Assembly (NCBI GenBank): GCA_002633005.1
Contig: NMRA01000053.1
Location: 320,131-384,130, forward strand
Length of the DNA stretch: 64,000 nt
From: Phoronis australis
Taxonomy: Eukaryota > Animalia > Phoronida
Reading direction: 5' to 3'
Position numbers and translations under genes: made by a program. Positions within the stretch are counted from its first letter, which is position 1; every line of letters starts with the position of its first letter. This document shows positions 1 to 13,300 of this stretch, piece by piece. The notes under the pieces were generated by a model. It saw only the letters and a list, made by a program, of their open reading frames with translations, was not told where the DNA came from and did not search any database.

Positions 1-346
1 CATCTTTGAAAAGAAGAACCAACACTTGTTGGGAACAGTCTTTGTGCGTCGACGACGCACATTTCTTATTGGGAAAGCCAGATTTTCAAAAATTAATCGC
101 TCAGACCATTTGAGTCTCATTTACCTGCAATTATACTGCTATCAAATGACCGAGCCAGCATTGTTGATACTACGACCGCTCATCGAAATAATGTACACCC
201 ACGAAATTCGGACACTAGCGGAAACCCAAATTTGGAGGTCCGCTAAATTCGGACACCACAAAATGATATTTCGCGAGATTCGTCCAAGAATGAATTTTTT
301 CTATTGGAATTAATTTTCAATGTCCGAAAATCATGCGACTTTACTG
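1..346. mobile_element. Right end of Tc1/mariner-pogo-like element inserted at TA
   Basis: End reads TA-CAGTAAAGTCGC on -; the paralogous segment at 4852 lacks it. Confidence 0.6.
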
Positions 347-1324
347 TAATGAAGATTACTTACTATCTTGGGTACTTTATGGGAACATGGTTACCATCCT
401 GCAATCTCTTGTGTGAATGTTATCGTTAAGTTTATTCAAAGTCAATTTTTATACATTTACAGACATTGATGTGTGTGTTACCAGCATGAGTCATTGCCAC
501 ACTAACGCCACCTGTAGTAATTATGGTGGAAGTTATAACTGCACATGTAAACCAGGGTATGCAGGGAACGGAACTCACTGCGAAGGTACTACTTGAAATA
601 TAACATAGTGAATTGTTCTCAAAATACTGTGTGTGGCTGTTACTTTATTAAATGTAAATCCTAGAATGCTTTGCATTAATTTGCAGTACTGAATGAGAAA
701 TATATTTAAAGTTCATAATCATTTGAAACTGATTCAGTTGTGTTAAAAGTATGCGCAAGCTGAAACAGCTTCCATACAACTGTCTTTGCCATGATATTCT
801 TTTATTAACTTATTTCCAAAAAGTACATCTTTTCACTATGTTTTCCGCTAATGCAATTTTTCATACGCAATAGTTAGATGACGTTATTTGTAGTGCATGT
901 GCTGTTTTGTTCACATACATCAGCCTGCAGATGAGGCTTTCAGTCTGCCTTCTTTGACTTAGAATGGAAGATAATGACTTACTTAGAGACCATTCCGGTT
1001 TCAACGTCTGCTTCAAACCTGAATCGTCTCTAAGTAAGTGATTATCTTCTATTCCAATGCCTATAGAGACCAATGACCAACTGATTCTCCAGAATTCTTT
1101 GACTTAGTAGGCCTGATCAAGAAAGTGTTTTTTGCAGATTGTTTGGTATAATGTGCCAGCCCGCATTTTGAGAACCAGTTTTCCCCTTTGAATAACGGAC
1201 ATCAAACTGGTTCTCGGTGGGATTGTTATATTCGATTATTGTTGATTTTTTTCACAAATAATTAAGAATTTATCCCCTGGATGTGAAAAACATCGAATTA
1301 TTAGCTGTATTTACATGTTGCTGT
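345..1324 (+). repeat. Segmental duplication copy A (EGF exon plus introns)
   Basis: Near-identical to 4852-5827. Confidence 0.95.
463..585 (+). CDS. EGF-like exon ([18 protein letters not shown]...GNGTHCE)
   Basis: 123 nt, phase 1-1, 6 Cys. Confidence 0.9.
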
Positions 1325-4300
1325 GGCGTCCACCCCTCTATCAACCAAACCGCTCAAGGAATGATTGTCAAAGTTGGCACGTATGTTCTTACTATGAAGT
1401 GGACGGCTGACGATTATTTTTCACCGATTTCGGCTAGTGTGGCACCTCCTAGTGGCAGTTTTTTTTGCGCCTATGGCTGTATCTCCTAAACCGTTCGAAG
1501 GATTTTTACTAAATTTAGCAAGTGTATTTATGTGATGTTGACAAGAGATGACATTCCGACGGAGCTGACTACTGATGTGCCACCTTGTGGCAATTTTATT
1601 TTTTTCGTTTACCTCTGTATGTTCAAAGGTCCTCAACGTATTTTCATAAAATTTGCTCAGACATGTCTGTTTCTATTATTTTTCAAGTGTTTTGTATCAT
1701 GCTCTGTGATTTTGAATCGTGGAATTACCAGATAGCTTGAACGGTGCACTTGTATTCAAACTAATTTGTTCTCACAGCTAAGCAGTGAACTTCCCTTTCA
1801 GCTTATACCGTTAATCAAGGGTTCAGCAATACGAGTTTACGTCAAATGTCTGTTTTGTCATTTTTTTCATGTTTACCTGTCCTTTTCTACCTGTCCTTTT
1901 CTAGTACTTAGTAACTACTTAAGGTAGTAGGTATAGTCTATGTTAATATTAACACATTGCTTTCCATATATGTCTGTCTACTACTGCATTATTGACTGGT
2001 GTATACTTTGTGTTACTTCGGGACTATGAAGGAAAAGTTCCAAGTAGAAATTTGTTTCTGGCATTCTAATGCTGTGCCAGTCTCGTATGTTGGCAAATTT
2101 GTTTTTAATTCTATGTTTCTGTGGTGCTTTAAGGTAGGTGTATACACTGGTCAAATCTATATAGGTTCCTAACTAAAATGAGTAAAAAGGCAGTTTTAAC
2201 TGGTTAGGCATGACTCTGAAAGTGACAAAAATCGAAAAAAAAGTTTTTTTTGTAGTTCGTTTTTTTTAAATCATATTTTTTAATTTTCAAAAAATCCAAT
2301 TTTACCTCGAATTTTTTATCAAAATGCAGAGGGATTATCATCAACTGTTTCCTTACGCAGTATTCTACTTATCCATACCAAATAAATGTACAAAATCATT
2401 ATGATTCTGATTTTACGGCATTTTTTGCTTGTGAGTTGGGGCAAGCACGTCACTTTTTGTCATTTGTTCACTTTCCGTCTAATAACTAAAAATCTGGTCC
2501 ATGTATCAAAAAACCCTGGCACTCGATTTTACTTCAGTCATAGAGGATTTCAAATTCTGTACTGGTATGTCGACTACACATTAAAACCATGTGTCGATTG
2601 TTTATACGATTCATCCTAACTCTCCACTCATTGTAGTAAAAGACTCTCTAACTATATTACACTGACCTATTTGTTAGTATTCCAATATTATCATCAACCA
2701 ATATATGTGTTATATCAAATCGCCGCGTTACTGTCTTCATAACAATATTGGTGACGAGGATAAAGAACTGCTTTCATAGTAATGGTTCAACATTTTTATG
2801 TGCCTGTGCCGAATGGACTTTGGGATAAGAAAATATCACTTTCTGCTCAAATAGCGTCGTTTGGGTGAGATTCTCAAGTTACCAATGTTTCTTATATTGC
2901 TTTCCTCTAAATCATGAGTTTTAATTCAGAGATACGTTTGAATCTATGCACTAGAAAAATTTTGTTATGTTGAACACTGGGTCATTTCTCTAATTCTTTG
3001 GGTTATGGCCAGTAGAAAGTTAAAAAATCCCCTGGGTTTGACAGCCTAGTTTCTCCACGGCACGTTCCCAGCACGGTTTATCTGCAAAGACTCTACTCTG
3101 ACGGCATGTAGTTGTCCATGTGTCGCGTGGCTTGTCTTCACAGTGCGTGCATGCACTCTCACCGAATCGTGCAACACCATCCACATCGACGCTCAGCGTC
3201 CTCTCGCAAGACACCTCACCTTACCGACTTCTCTTGTACACGCACAATTTCTGCACTGTCTCCTCGAGCTGAGTGCAGTGATGGCTTCGGTAGGACTTGG
3301 CGTACTCAAGTTAATTTTTTGCTGATAGACAAACAGGCTCAGGCTCGGAACAGGAGCTATTTCACCATTTCACCACCAACTTTCACACATGACATGGTCA
3401 AAAATAGAATTATCTTATTCTTGGTTTTGCTACAACATCAATATCAGCTGGTACAGCACTCTCGCTTGCCTGGTTACACAATGTTTGTTGACACGGTTAG
3501 ATTAGAGCTAGTGTCCTTGTATAAGCTCCGCCCCAGTTGTCAGTCACTGAGCTGGTGAGCACTCAAGCCATGTGACTTACTGAGGCTTGGTCAAATATAG
3601 CTAAAAAACAACTTTGGATTTTCAGAATGATTTTATTTTTCTTCAGTATACTGTGCATCAAGAATTAAAGATTAGGATGACATAAAAATGTAAAAAACAG
3701 TCAAAATTAATTTTTTTGTGTATCCACCTACCTGAAGCAACTTCTGCCGATGTATACGATGTGCTTGTATTATGAAGATCACTCACATTTTGCCCCTAGT
3801 CTATTGAGACAATGACCATGCCTTTCCTTTTTGCAAAGTACAACATACTACATATATGCCCTTTACTGGCCACTATATGGTACCAGCAAACAACCCTGGA
3901 AGGATACCGTATACGGTGCAATTGTGGGCGCATTTCAATGCTCTGCGTTGCTCTTGTTAAAGTTGGTAAATAGTTTTCTATTACAGAAGCGTGCCCGTTT
4001 TTAGATGGATTGGATGTTTTAGCACCATCTAGTGGCTATTTTTATGAAACAAATAAACAACCCTGCTTGCACACTGTGCGGTGCATTTGTGGGCACATTT
4101 CAATGCTCCGTGTTGTTCTTGTTCCCTTTTTGTCAGTGAATTTAGGCATTTGTTCAGAGATTAAGTTTACGTTTAAAGTAAATATTTCAACAATTTGTAG
4201 ACATCGACGAGTGTGCTACCAACATGAGTTATTGTGATGCTCACGCCACCTGTAGTAATTTTGATGGAATTTATAAGTGCACGTGTAAACCTGGGTATAC

Positions 4301-7300
4301 AGGGAATGGAAAATTTTGCGTAGGTGTGAATAAAAAGAAGCATTCAAAAAGTTTTCTAAATACTTGCATTCTTTTATAAACATTTCGTCAAAATGTGAAG
4401 CATAGTTGAATGTAACTCCTGAATCATTTTACAATTCGCCAACAAACTGTTGTCTTTGAAATTTTGTCAATTTCCACCATATTTCAAAAAAAAGATTATG
4501 AATAATGAACAAAGAATAGTGTGTTGTGTTAACAAATCTACAATGTGTCGCTTTTGTTGTTGAAATCATGTTATTTAATGGATAATTAACTTCACATGTT
4601 GAATGAATTTTAAAACATTTACAGACATTGATGAGTGTGCTACCAACATGAGTCATTGCCACAATAACGCCACCTGTAGTAATTTTGATGGAGGATACAC
4701 CTGTACATGTAAACCTGGGTATTCAGGGAACGGAACATATTGCGAAGGTATGAATGGAAATAAAATGTGACAGAGATTTTTCTGCACACTGGGGTTCTTT
4801 TGATCATGCGGTCAAAATAGGAAGAACAGTTAATAGTTGTGCATGAAGCTATGTAATGAAGATTACTTACTATCTTGGGTACTTTATGGGAACATGGTTA
4901 CCATCCTGCAATCTCTTGTGTGAATGTTATCGTTAAGTTTATTCAAAGTCAATTTTTATACATTTACAGACATTGATGTGTGTGTTACCAGCATGAGTCA
5001 TTGCCACACTAACGCCACCTGTAGTAATTATGGTGGAAGTTATAACTGCACATGTAAACCAGGGTATGCAGGGAACGGAACTCACTGCGAAGGTACTACT
5101 TGAAATATAACATAGTGAATTGTTCTCAAAATACTGTGTGTGGCCGTTACTTTATTAAATGTAAATCCCAGAATGCTTTGCATTAATATGCAGCTCTGAA
5201 TGAGAAATGTATTTAAAGTTCATAATCATTTGAAACTGATTCAGTTGTGTTAAAAGTATGCGCAAGCTGAAACAGCTTCCATACAACTGTCTTTGCCATG
5301 AATATTCTTTTATTAACTTATTTCCAAAAAGTACGTCTTTTCACTATGTTTTCCGCTAATGCAATTTTTCATACGCAATAGCTAAGATGAAGTTATTTGT
5401 AGTGCATGTGCTGTTTTGTTCACATACATCAGCCTGCAGATGAGGCTTTCAGTCTGCCTTCTTTGACTTAGAATGGAAGATAATGACTTACTTAGAGACG
5501 ATTCCGGTTTCAACGTCTGCTTCAAACCTGAATCGTCTCTAAGTAAGTGATTATCTTCTATTCCAATGCCTCTAGATACCAATGACCAACTTATTCTCCT
5601 GAATTCTTTGACTTAGCCTGATCACGAAAGTGTTTTTTGCAGATTGTTTGGTATAATGTGCCAGCCCGCATTTTGAGAACCAGTTTTCCCCTTTGAATAA
5701 CGGACATCAAACTGGTTCTCGGTGGGCTTGATATATCCGACTATTGTGGATTTTTTCACAAATTTTAAGTGTTTATCTCCTGAATGTGAAAAACTTGGAA
5801 TTATTAGCTGTATTCACGTTTTGCTGTAAAACTCCACAAAAAGACTCGCATTAATGGGCCTAGTGATTCTGCCGCTTGTTCTTTAGGAATGTCAAAAGTA
5901 ATGTGACTGTGTCCAGCCATTTTTATGCTTGAAAGCTGCAGACAATTTCTACGTACTGCAAAACATTAGTTGGGGCTCTTGGAATAAATAGTCCACCGTT
6001 AGTTCGCATATGAAACTGTATCAAGGTAGTCATATTTCAGAATATCTTTGTCAAGATTTGGGTCATCCTGTGTATAAAGCAAGGTTATGACATCCATCTT
6101 CTAATACGTCAAGTAATACAATGCACAAGCAGTGTCAGAGTTTTTTTTTTGATTTTTGTTAAATTTAAACCAATCAACGCTGGCAGCAATTCGTGGATGT
6201 AGAGGCACTTCAGTTGTGTTAGTTGTTGACATCGGGCTAGGTTTCCTGCAGATGTGGCCTTTGCTTAACATAATGCAGTAAAACTCGCTTATTAAGTTAA
6301 TTGTACACAAATGTTGGTTCACTGCTTTACTCGGACAAAATTTTGCTGTACGGGTTTTGTAATTTGTGTTCTTGGATCTCCTTGGAGGTCGTATTTTACC
6401 TATTTCAACCATAACTTCGGTTTTATCTGACTGATACGCGTTAGATACTGTATATTGATACATAACATTGCAAGAAACTAGCTAAAGAGGCTTATGAGAC
6501 GGGAATGATTTCCAGACATATCTGGGGTAATAATTTATGATCAACATAATGTTCCGTATGATATATAATAGTTCGTGCATTGCAAGCTCGTTACCAGAGA
6601 TGAAACCAAGACCTGGGTAGGCGATATAAGGTCATTTATTACGACTACCGTATTCGCCGTAGTAACCACCCATGCCCCTATAAGCGCCCCCCCACGCGTT
6701 TTCAGACTTTGCTGAAATAAGCACCCAGTCCATGAACATGTACGTGCGAAAAATGTCTTACCTACAGTCCTAAAATTCTACAGTAACGTCACCAATTTAT
6801 CAATAATATCCGACAGTCCTGAAAAAAATCATTGTGCGCAGAATTTGTAGACCACGAACCTCGCCGCTATTTAGCCGTGGCTATTCACTTCAAACTTCTG
6901 CCATGCCTCAAAACAAACACAGTGGTTATTACATCGAGATTCGTGATATGCAAGTACTTTTGCATATCACGAATCAAGGGCGAAGCCCGAGTTCAAATTC
7001 TTTTGCATATCATGAATCGAGATATAATGACACACTGGTACAAACACGTACGTTGTATAACCTATTTATCCTATACGCCCCACTGAGGATAATCGGTTTA
7101 CACAGATTGCTCCGCTTGTTTTGATGTTGTTTGTCATCTTTTATCAATGATGATCGCAGATCGCGTGACACGTATACCTGCACGCAATATTTTTATGAAT
7201 GAATTTTTGCATCCTGCATGACACGGCAGTCAAGTTGTATTTTACAGCAGCTATAGGCTTGGGGTGCATATCTGCTATTTTTAGTATTTTCGTCAGTGTT

Positions 7301-10300
7301 TGAGCTAATTCTATTTCTAAGTTAAAGTTTGCTTACGTTTCTGACGAGTTTTCTTGACTTCGTTGAGTAATATCTGTGGAGGACACCCAGACGTTGTGGC
7401 TGATGCACGCTCAGACGCTTCCTAAAATGCTCCTTGTGCTCGGTTCTTATCCTTTTTAGGTTGAAAGTATTCCGAAATATATCATAAAATTGACAGAAAT
7501 ACAATATTTACTGCAGTTGCAATTTTGCTTTTGGGCTCGACGTATTTTGATTGTATATACAATCGTGTTTAATTAATTGTTGTGTATTGTGTGCTCTGGA
7601 GGGAATTTTGGCGAGAAAAGAGGCATCTGTATTCAACGCGCGTTGAATACGGAAAAGTAGTTCTTCCATATCAAACCTCACAATACGACCCATATTTCAT
7701 GGCCATACAATCACGCGTATAGGATAAATAATAGTTCGTCCGTCGCAAGCTCTTTACCAGAGATGAAACCAAGTCTGTGGTAGGCTATATAAGGTCATTT
7801 ATTATGACTAATACAATTGCAAGTAAGGTCATTTATATGACAAATACAATTACAAGTAAGGTCAGTTATATGACTAATACAGTTACAAGTAATAGTTAGT
7901 GACTAAACATAAGTAAGGAAAAAAAATACTAATCTCTGGTAAGATAGGCAAATGAAAAGCGTCACGAGAGATGTAGTAATAAGTTCTCGAATGACACATC
8001 CATGGACCACCTCCTGTTCCTCATATTTATGTCACTCATTACCAATCGACGGATTTTAATGAAACTTGACACAGAAGTATATTTCATTTTCGGGCTGATT
8101 CGACCACTATAGCACCTCCTATTGACCATTTTGGGTTAGAGCGTTAGAGACCTGATTGAAATTTTTAGTAAAAGTTGACACAGAGGTATATAATGTCAAT
8201 GTGCCGGCACCATTTTATGTTCGGACTGATTTGACTACTGCAGCACTTCCTAGTGGCCCCTAGAAACATGTTGTTTGTGATGCACCATGGGCGCCTGTCA
8301 ATGCCCCAGTGTTGCTGTTGATGCTTTATGTCTTGAAATGTGGCCTTACCATCAAGACACATTTGCTTTATATTCTGGTCTCATTTACCTTTTTTGAACA
8401 ACATGTTCTTACACCAACAGTTAGGAAGATAAATGAAACAGTGTGAAATACTGGTGAAATGTTGTATTTTTAGAAGTGTCTGTAAAGTGAATGTATATGT
8501 TTTGCTACCTTTTTATTTAGAAAATAAAAAAACAATGAGTTTTATGTATTTTTTGAATTTTTATGTATTTTGTAGACATCAATGAATGTGCGAGCAACAT
8601 GACTCTTTGCCATGCAAACGCCACCTGTAGTAATTTTGGTGGAGGCTACGAGTGCTTGTGTATATCTGGGTACTCTGGAAACGGAACTTTTTGTAAAGGT
8701 TTGTGAATTAAGGACAGCAAGTACTTGAGTGTGTAAAAAATTTATCAATTCCCATTGATTGTCCAAACATTATTTGAAGGTATGACAAAAGTTGTAATGA
8801 ACTTCGGAAAAGAAGTAGTTGATTGTATGAGAATTTCAAGAATAACCAAGAACTTTATAAACTACTTGGTGCATAGTACTGAGATTAGAGGACGTTGGCC
8901 TAGGGGTATAATGAATATTGAAAGTTAACTAAATTTAATCAACAAAATCATTCGCCCTGTGTTACTGTAGTAGTGGACAATGTGCGACCTTTAACTAAAA
9001 TTTGGAACCAGCATCAACAAGGAATAAGGACTAACTGTATAGATTTCAAAATGCAACTACTATAATCATGGTTTATCTTTCCACATAGTGTAGCCATAGT
9101 CGAAAGTTGTTGTGATATGGGAATTGAGAAAAGTCTTATTAAGTTTGCGCTCTCGTGAGATGGTTGTGCTCTGTAAACTTTGCTCATAATGTTTTGTCAC
9201 TAAAAGTTGTGCCATTGCCAATATAGGACACTCTTAAGTTTGAACACTGGTTAAGTGGCAGTTTGTCAGAAGTGAATATTTATTCATGAAAATAAGCAAT
9301 TACATCCATGAAACAATGAAAATATACTCTCACACACATTCATTCTTCAAAATATTAGGTAAAAAACAATTTTATTTTTTACTATTGTTTGAAATATATT
9401 TTAGAATTCCCAACAGACTGTATTATGGGGTTGCAGGGATTTTCAATAAAAGGCGAAATGTTTTCTATAAAATTTTGTGGATTTTGGTTGGAAGAAATTT
9501 TGTTAAACTTTTTCTTGAAAACCGGTTTATACCGATGAAAAGAAACGTCTGGCAGCTGTCTGTCAATGTTGATTCACAACATACGTGCTGCCTCCTGTAG
9601 TCAATATCTAGCCATCATCAATTATTGTTTTGCAGACGTTGACGAATGCAAGACTAATGCAACAGACTGTCACGGTGACGCCATTTGTGTTAACAATGAT
9701 GGAGGCTTCCAATGCTTATGCAAAACTGGTTTTTCTGGCAACGGCACACACTGCGAGGGTAAGTGATGTGAACAGAGATAAGGTTTGATACATTAGTATC
9801 GATTTAATTAAAGTGCAGAACAGATGGAGATGAGCCGACATTAAGCGTACAGATGGTGCTAAGGTGATGTGACAGATGACCTCTACAAGTGTTTTTTTTT
9901 ATCCCAACGAAAATACATTGTTCAAGAACTAAATGTACTGTGTTATTGCCCCGGAAAAATGAAGTTCTGAAAACGTAACTTTGTAAATTAAATTGGAAGG
10001 ATAGGGTCACTTTCTGCAGAATCAAATATGTAAATAGTGAAACTCTTGCTCTTAGAAATACTGTCTCAAGGTTGAGGCTATTTTCTTAAAACTTGTTTTT
10101 ATTAGAAATGAATATTTATAGTTGTCAAGAAGACACAGGCCCAGATACTTGCAATTGCTCCTTAAAACTAATACATTTTTATTACACTCTCGATGGATGG
10201 TATCTTTGATGTTTGGCCATTTGGTGTTACAGACATCAACGAATGCTCTGAGAATCCGTGCCTGAATAACGGAACATGTGTCAATAAAGTTAACGATTAT

Positions 10301-13300
10301 GAATGCAATTGTACTGTGCATTGGACTGGAAAAAACTGTAGTCAAGGTAAGGGCTTAAGTTGTTGTTTTTCTGATTGTAAATAAATATTGTAAGAGTCCA
10401 CAAAACATGCTAGAATTGAAGTCTTATAAATTATGTGCAAGCATTAGAAATGAGCGTTTTACGCTATCAAAGTTGACGTGAATAGTCGCAGTGTGTTGTG
10501 GTCTTTGGGACAGTTGTCACAACTTCATTTGCAGCTGCAGACTAGGAGAAAATCAATTAATATTACATACATCTTTGGTGAATCTAGACACGGAAGCAAT
10601 CAATGAACTACTGCATTGGATGCACAATGCAATCTTACAAAATGCTCACGTTGTGTGCAATCAGAAGGCAGGTAAAATTTCACATGTGAACAGTCGTCAG
10701 ATGCCGGACATGCACAGTTATCGTCCCAAGATGGCATGGATTTGCCTCCTTACTGTATGAAGCCAATGACATGACTTGTGGTTAGGCTGTGCCCACCCAT
10801 GGTGATGGTGTGTGATTGGTCAGAATATCATCACCTTGCACACTAACGTTATGCTAATTTCTCGCAAGATGGCTGATAGGATGCCTTTGTGAATGCCCTT
10901 GTGAACGCCCTTGTGAACGCCCTTGTGAACGTCCTTGTGAACACCCTTGTGAACGCTTGCTTTAAGTGGATGATCTGTCTTCTGATCTGACGTTCTTATC
11001 TGCCTGATAAGAACTGCACATCTGAATTCTTTATTAAGAAATAATGTTGAAAATGATAAGTGCTGTAAACCTCTAAAATATATTCCACACAAACCAGCGT
11101 TTCACAGACGCTGCTACGTTTGATTTTAACAGATTTAGTTGGGTGATAATTATTTGTTCCCTAACTTCTCTTCAGATTTGGATGAATGTACAAGTGGCAC
11201 CAACACATGTGATGTGAACGCTGATTGTACTAATGCTGAACCAGGATTCTCATGCAAATGTAAAGATGGCTTTGAAGGAAATGGCACCGTATGCTCTGGT
11301 AAAACTTCAGAACATCATTTCTTCTTTATCTACACTTACTACAACTCCTACTGGTGCATCCAGAATAAATCATGAGTAAAATTCTCGCTGTATGACATTT
11401 GATTTGCATGTCTTTAGCTTACAGTGTTATTGACTGATGTGTACTCCATACGTAATTTTGTCTTAGAAAAAGTCAATAGCTACGTTGTGTATTCCACTCT
11501 CCTCATTTGTTGCTGAAAATGCTTTTTGAAAGCTTCGCCCGATGACTCACTTCAGAGCTCAGTTGGACTAGGAAAAAATGATTTCTGAGACCCACTCAGG
11601 TTGTCCAATTTTTTAGCAGAATTAAAATTGCTATTTAATAACAATGTGTAAAATAATGGCAAGCTAAGTTTATTGTAAGATATTAATTAAGCATGACAGC
11701 ATTGATACAAGTGCCCTCCTTTATCTCACGCAGAATTTTGGGTAAATACTAGAGAACAAAAGAGGGCGCTGTGGTATTTCGAGATGTGCCTATCTTGTAC
11801 AGGCATGTGCTGTATATTAAACTGCAAGCTCTTGATATATTCCAGATATTGACGAGTGTAAAAATTCTAGTCATGACTGCCACCACAATGCCACATGTAC
11901 CAACACAATGGGTGGGTTTAATTGTTCATGCGTTGAGGGATATATAGGAAATGGCACCTACTGTGAAGGTAAGGCAGGTATTTTAAGTTATTGATGGTGT
12001 TGGATTTGGGCCAAATTAGTAATAGAAAGCCAATCTGAATCTATTTACATCATTGTGAATAATTGCAGGATTAGCATAATCTATTATATGACCTGTATAT
12101 ATGTAGATACACAATGCTGACAACAATTATGCTGGGTTCTCTATAATTTAGCTTAATTCTCAGATTGTGATTATTTGAAGACACATCACGGTATTTATGA
12201 ATAATTTTATTTTGTTGTTCATAAACATTTATTTCTCAGATCAGATTGTTTGCATTTTCAGTGTCTGGAAAATTTTTTCATGATTAAAGTAAAATTTTAC
12301 AAAATCATTTCTTTAAAAATAACAAAAAGTTGGTGTTTTACAAGAATCGACAACTACGGTGCAAACTGAGACGCTGCGTACCTTGTGAAAGTGTTTAGCA
12401 GTCATGGTTTTGATGAAAATATGCAAAACATCTATTTTTAAGTTTCTGAATATAAAATATGCTTTCGAGGCCGTTAAATGAGAATTGAAAAAATGATGTT
12501 ATGAGAGTGGAGATGAACTAGTGAGTTCCTAATTTTGAGTAGTTGAAAACATACTGATGTTCATGTAAACATTTTGTTATCGCATTTAAAAAATTTATTG
12601 TGCACAATATTTTCTGCTGTGGCCCTTGGGCAGGTTTCTGCTGTTTTAGTGTTCATGTATTCAGTGAGATATATGTAATGTGGTGTTGCTTTTTGCAGAT
12701 GTGGATGAGTGCAAAATGGCTACTGACAACTGTCACATGAATGCCACTTGTAAAAACCTGATTGGTCAGTTTAAGTGCACATGCAAAACTGGCTATAGTG
12801 GCAATGGAACATATTGTGAAGGTAAGTGGTTTGATAAAAGATACTTGCTGGAGTTTGAGACTGGAATGTGTTGTGAAGGTATACATCTTAAGATTCCTTT
12901 TTCTAGAAACGCTACCTCCAAATTGTATGGCTGTGTTGCATCTTAGAATTTTGTTTTTGCTTTGTTTTTCAATGCCTTCTAACACAAATGTATTGCCAAA
13001 GATTTTTTAGGCTTGATAGTGCTTCTAATACATTGCGCATGATGAACATTGGCCTCAGGTGGCCATCCTTTCAACAAACCAGTAAGGTACTTTCCCAGCT
13101 TACGAGCATGAGTTGATTTGGGGCATGTAGCTAACAAACTGTTAATTATGGGAAATTCAATGTTATAATATAATGGGCCTATATGTTAATGTGGTTGCTG
13201 ACAGATTTTAGACTTAATGTCATCTCTTTTTCTTTATGTCAATGACTGAGGTCACTTATACGCTATAGAGTAAATTTAGTCATTTGGGAAAAGCAGGGCT

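Noticed and set aside
3020-3558. 148-aa and overlapping ORFs
   Set aside because: Inside a non-autonomous TIR element; no recognisable transposase motif
10820-11092. ORF with HKGV repeats
   Set aside because: Translation of a 12-bp minisatellite
12822-12878. Second TGTGAAG|GTA donor 57 nt downstream, in frame
   Set aside because: The upstream donor is consensus gtaagt; the extension would add unpaired cysteines and has no other support
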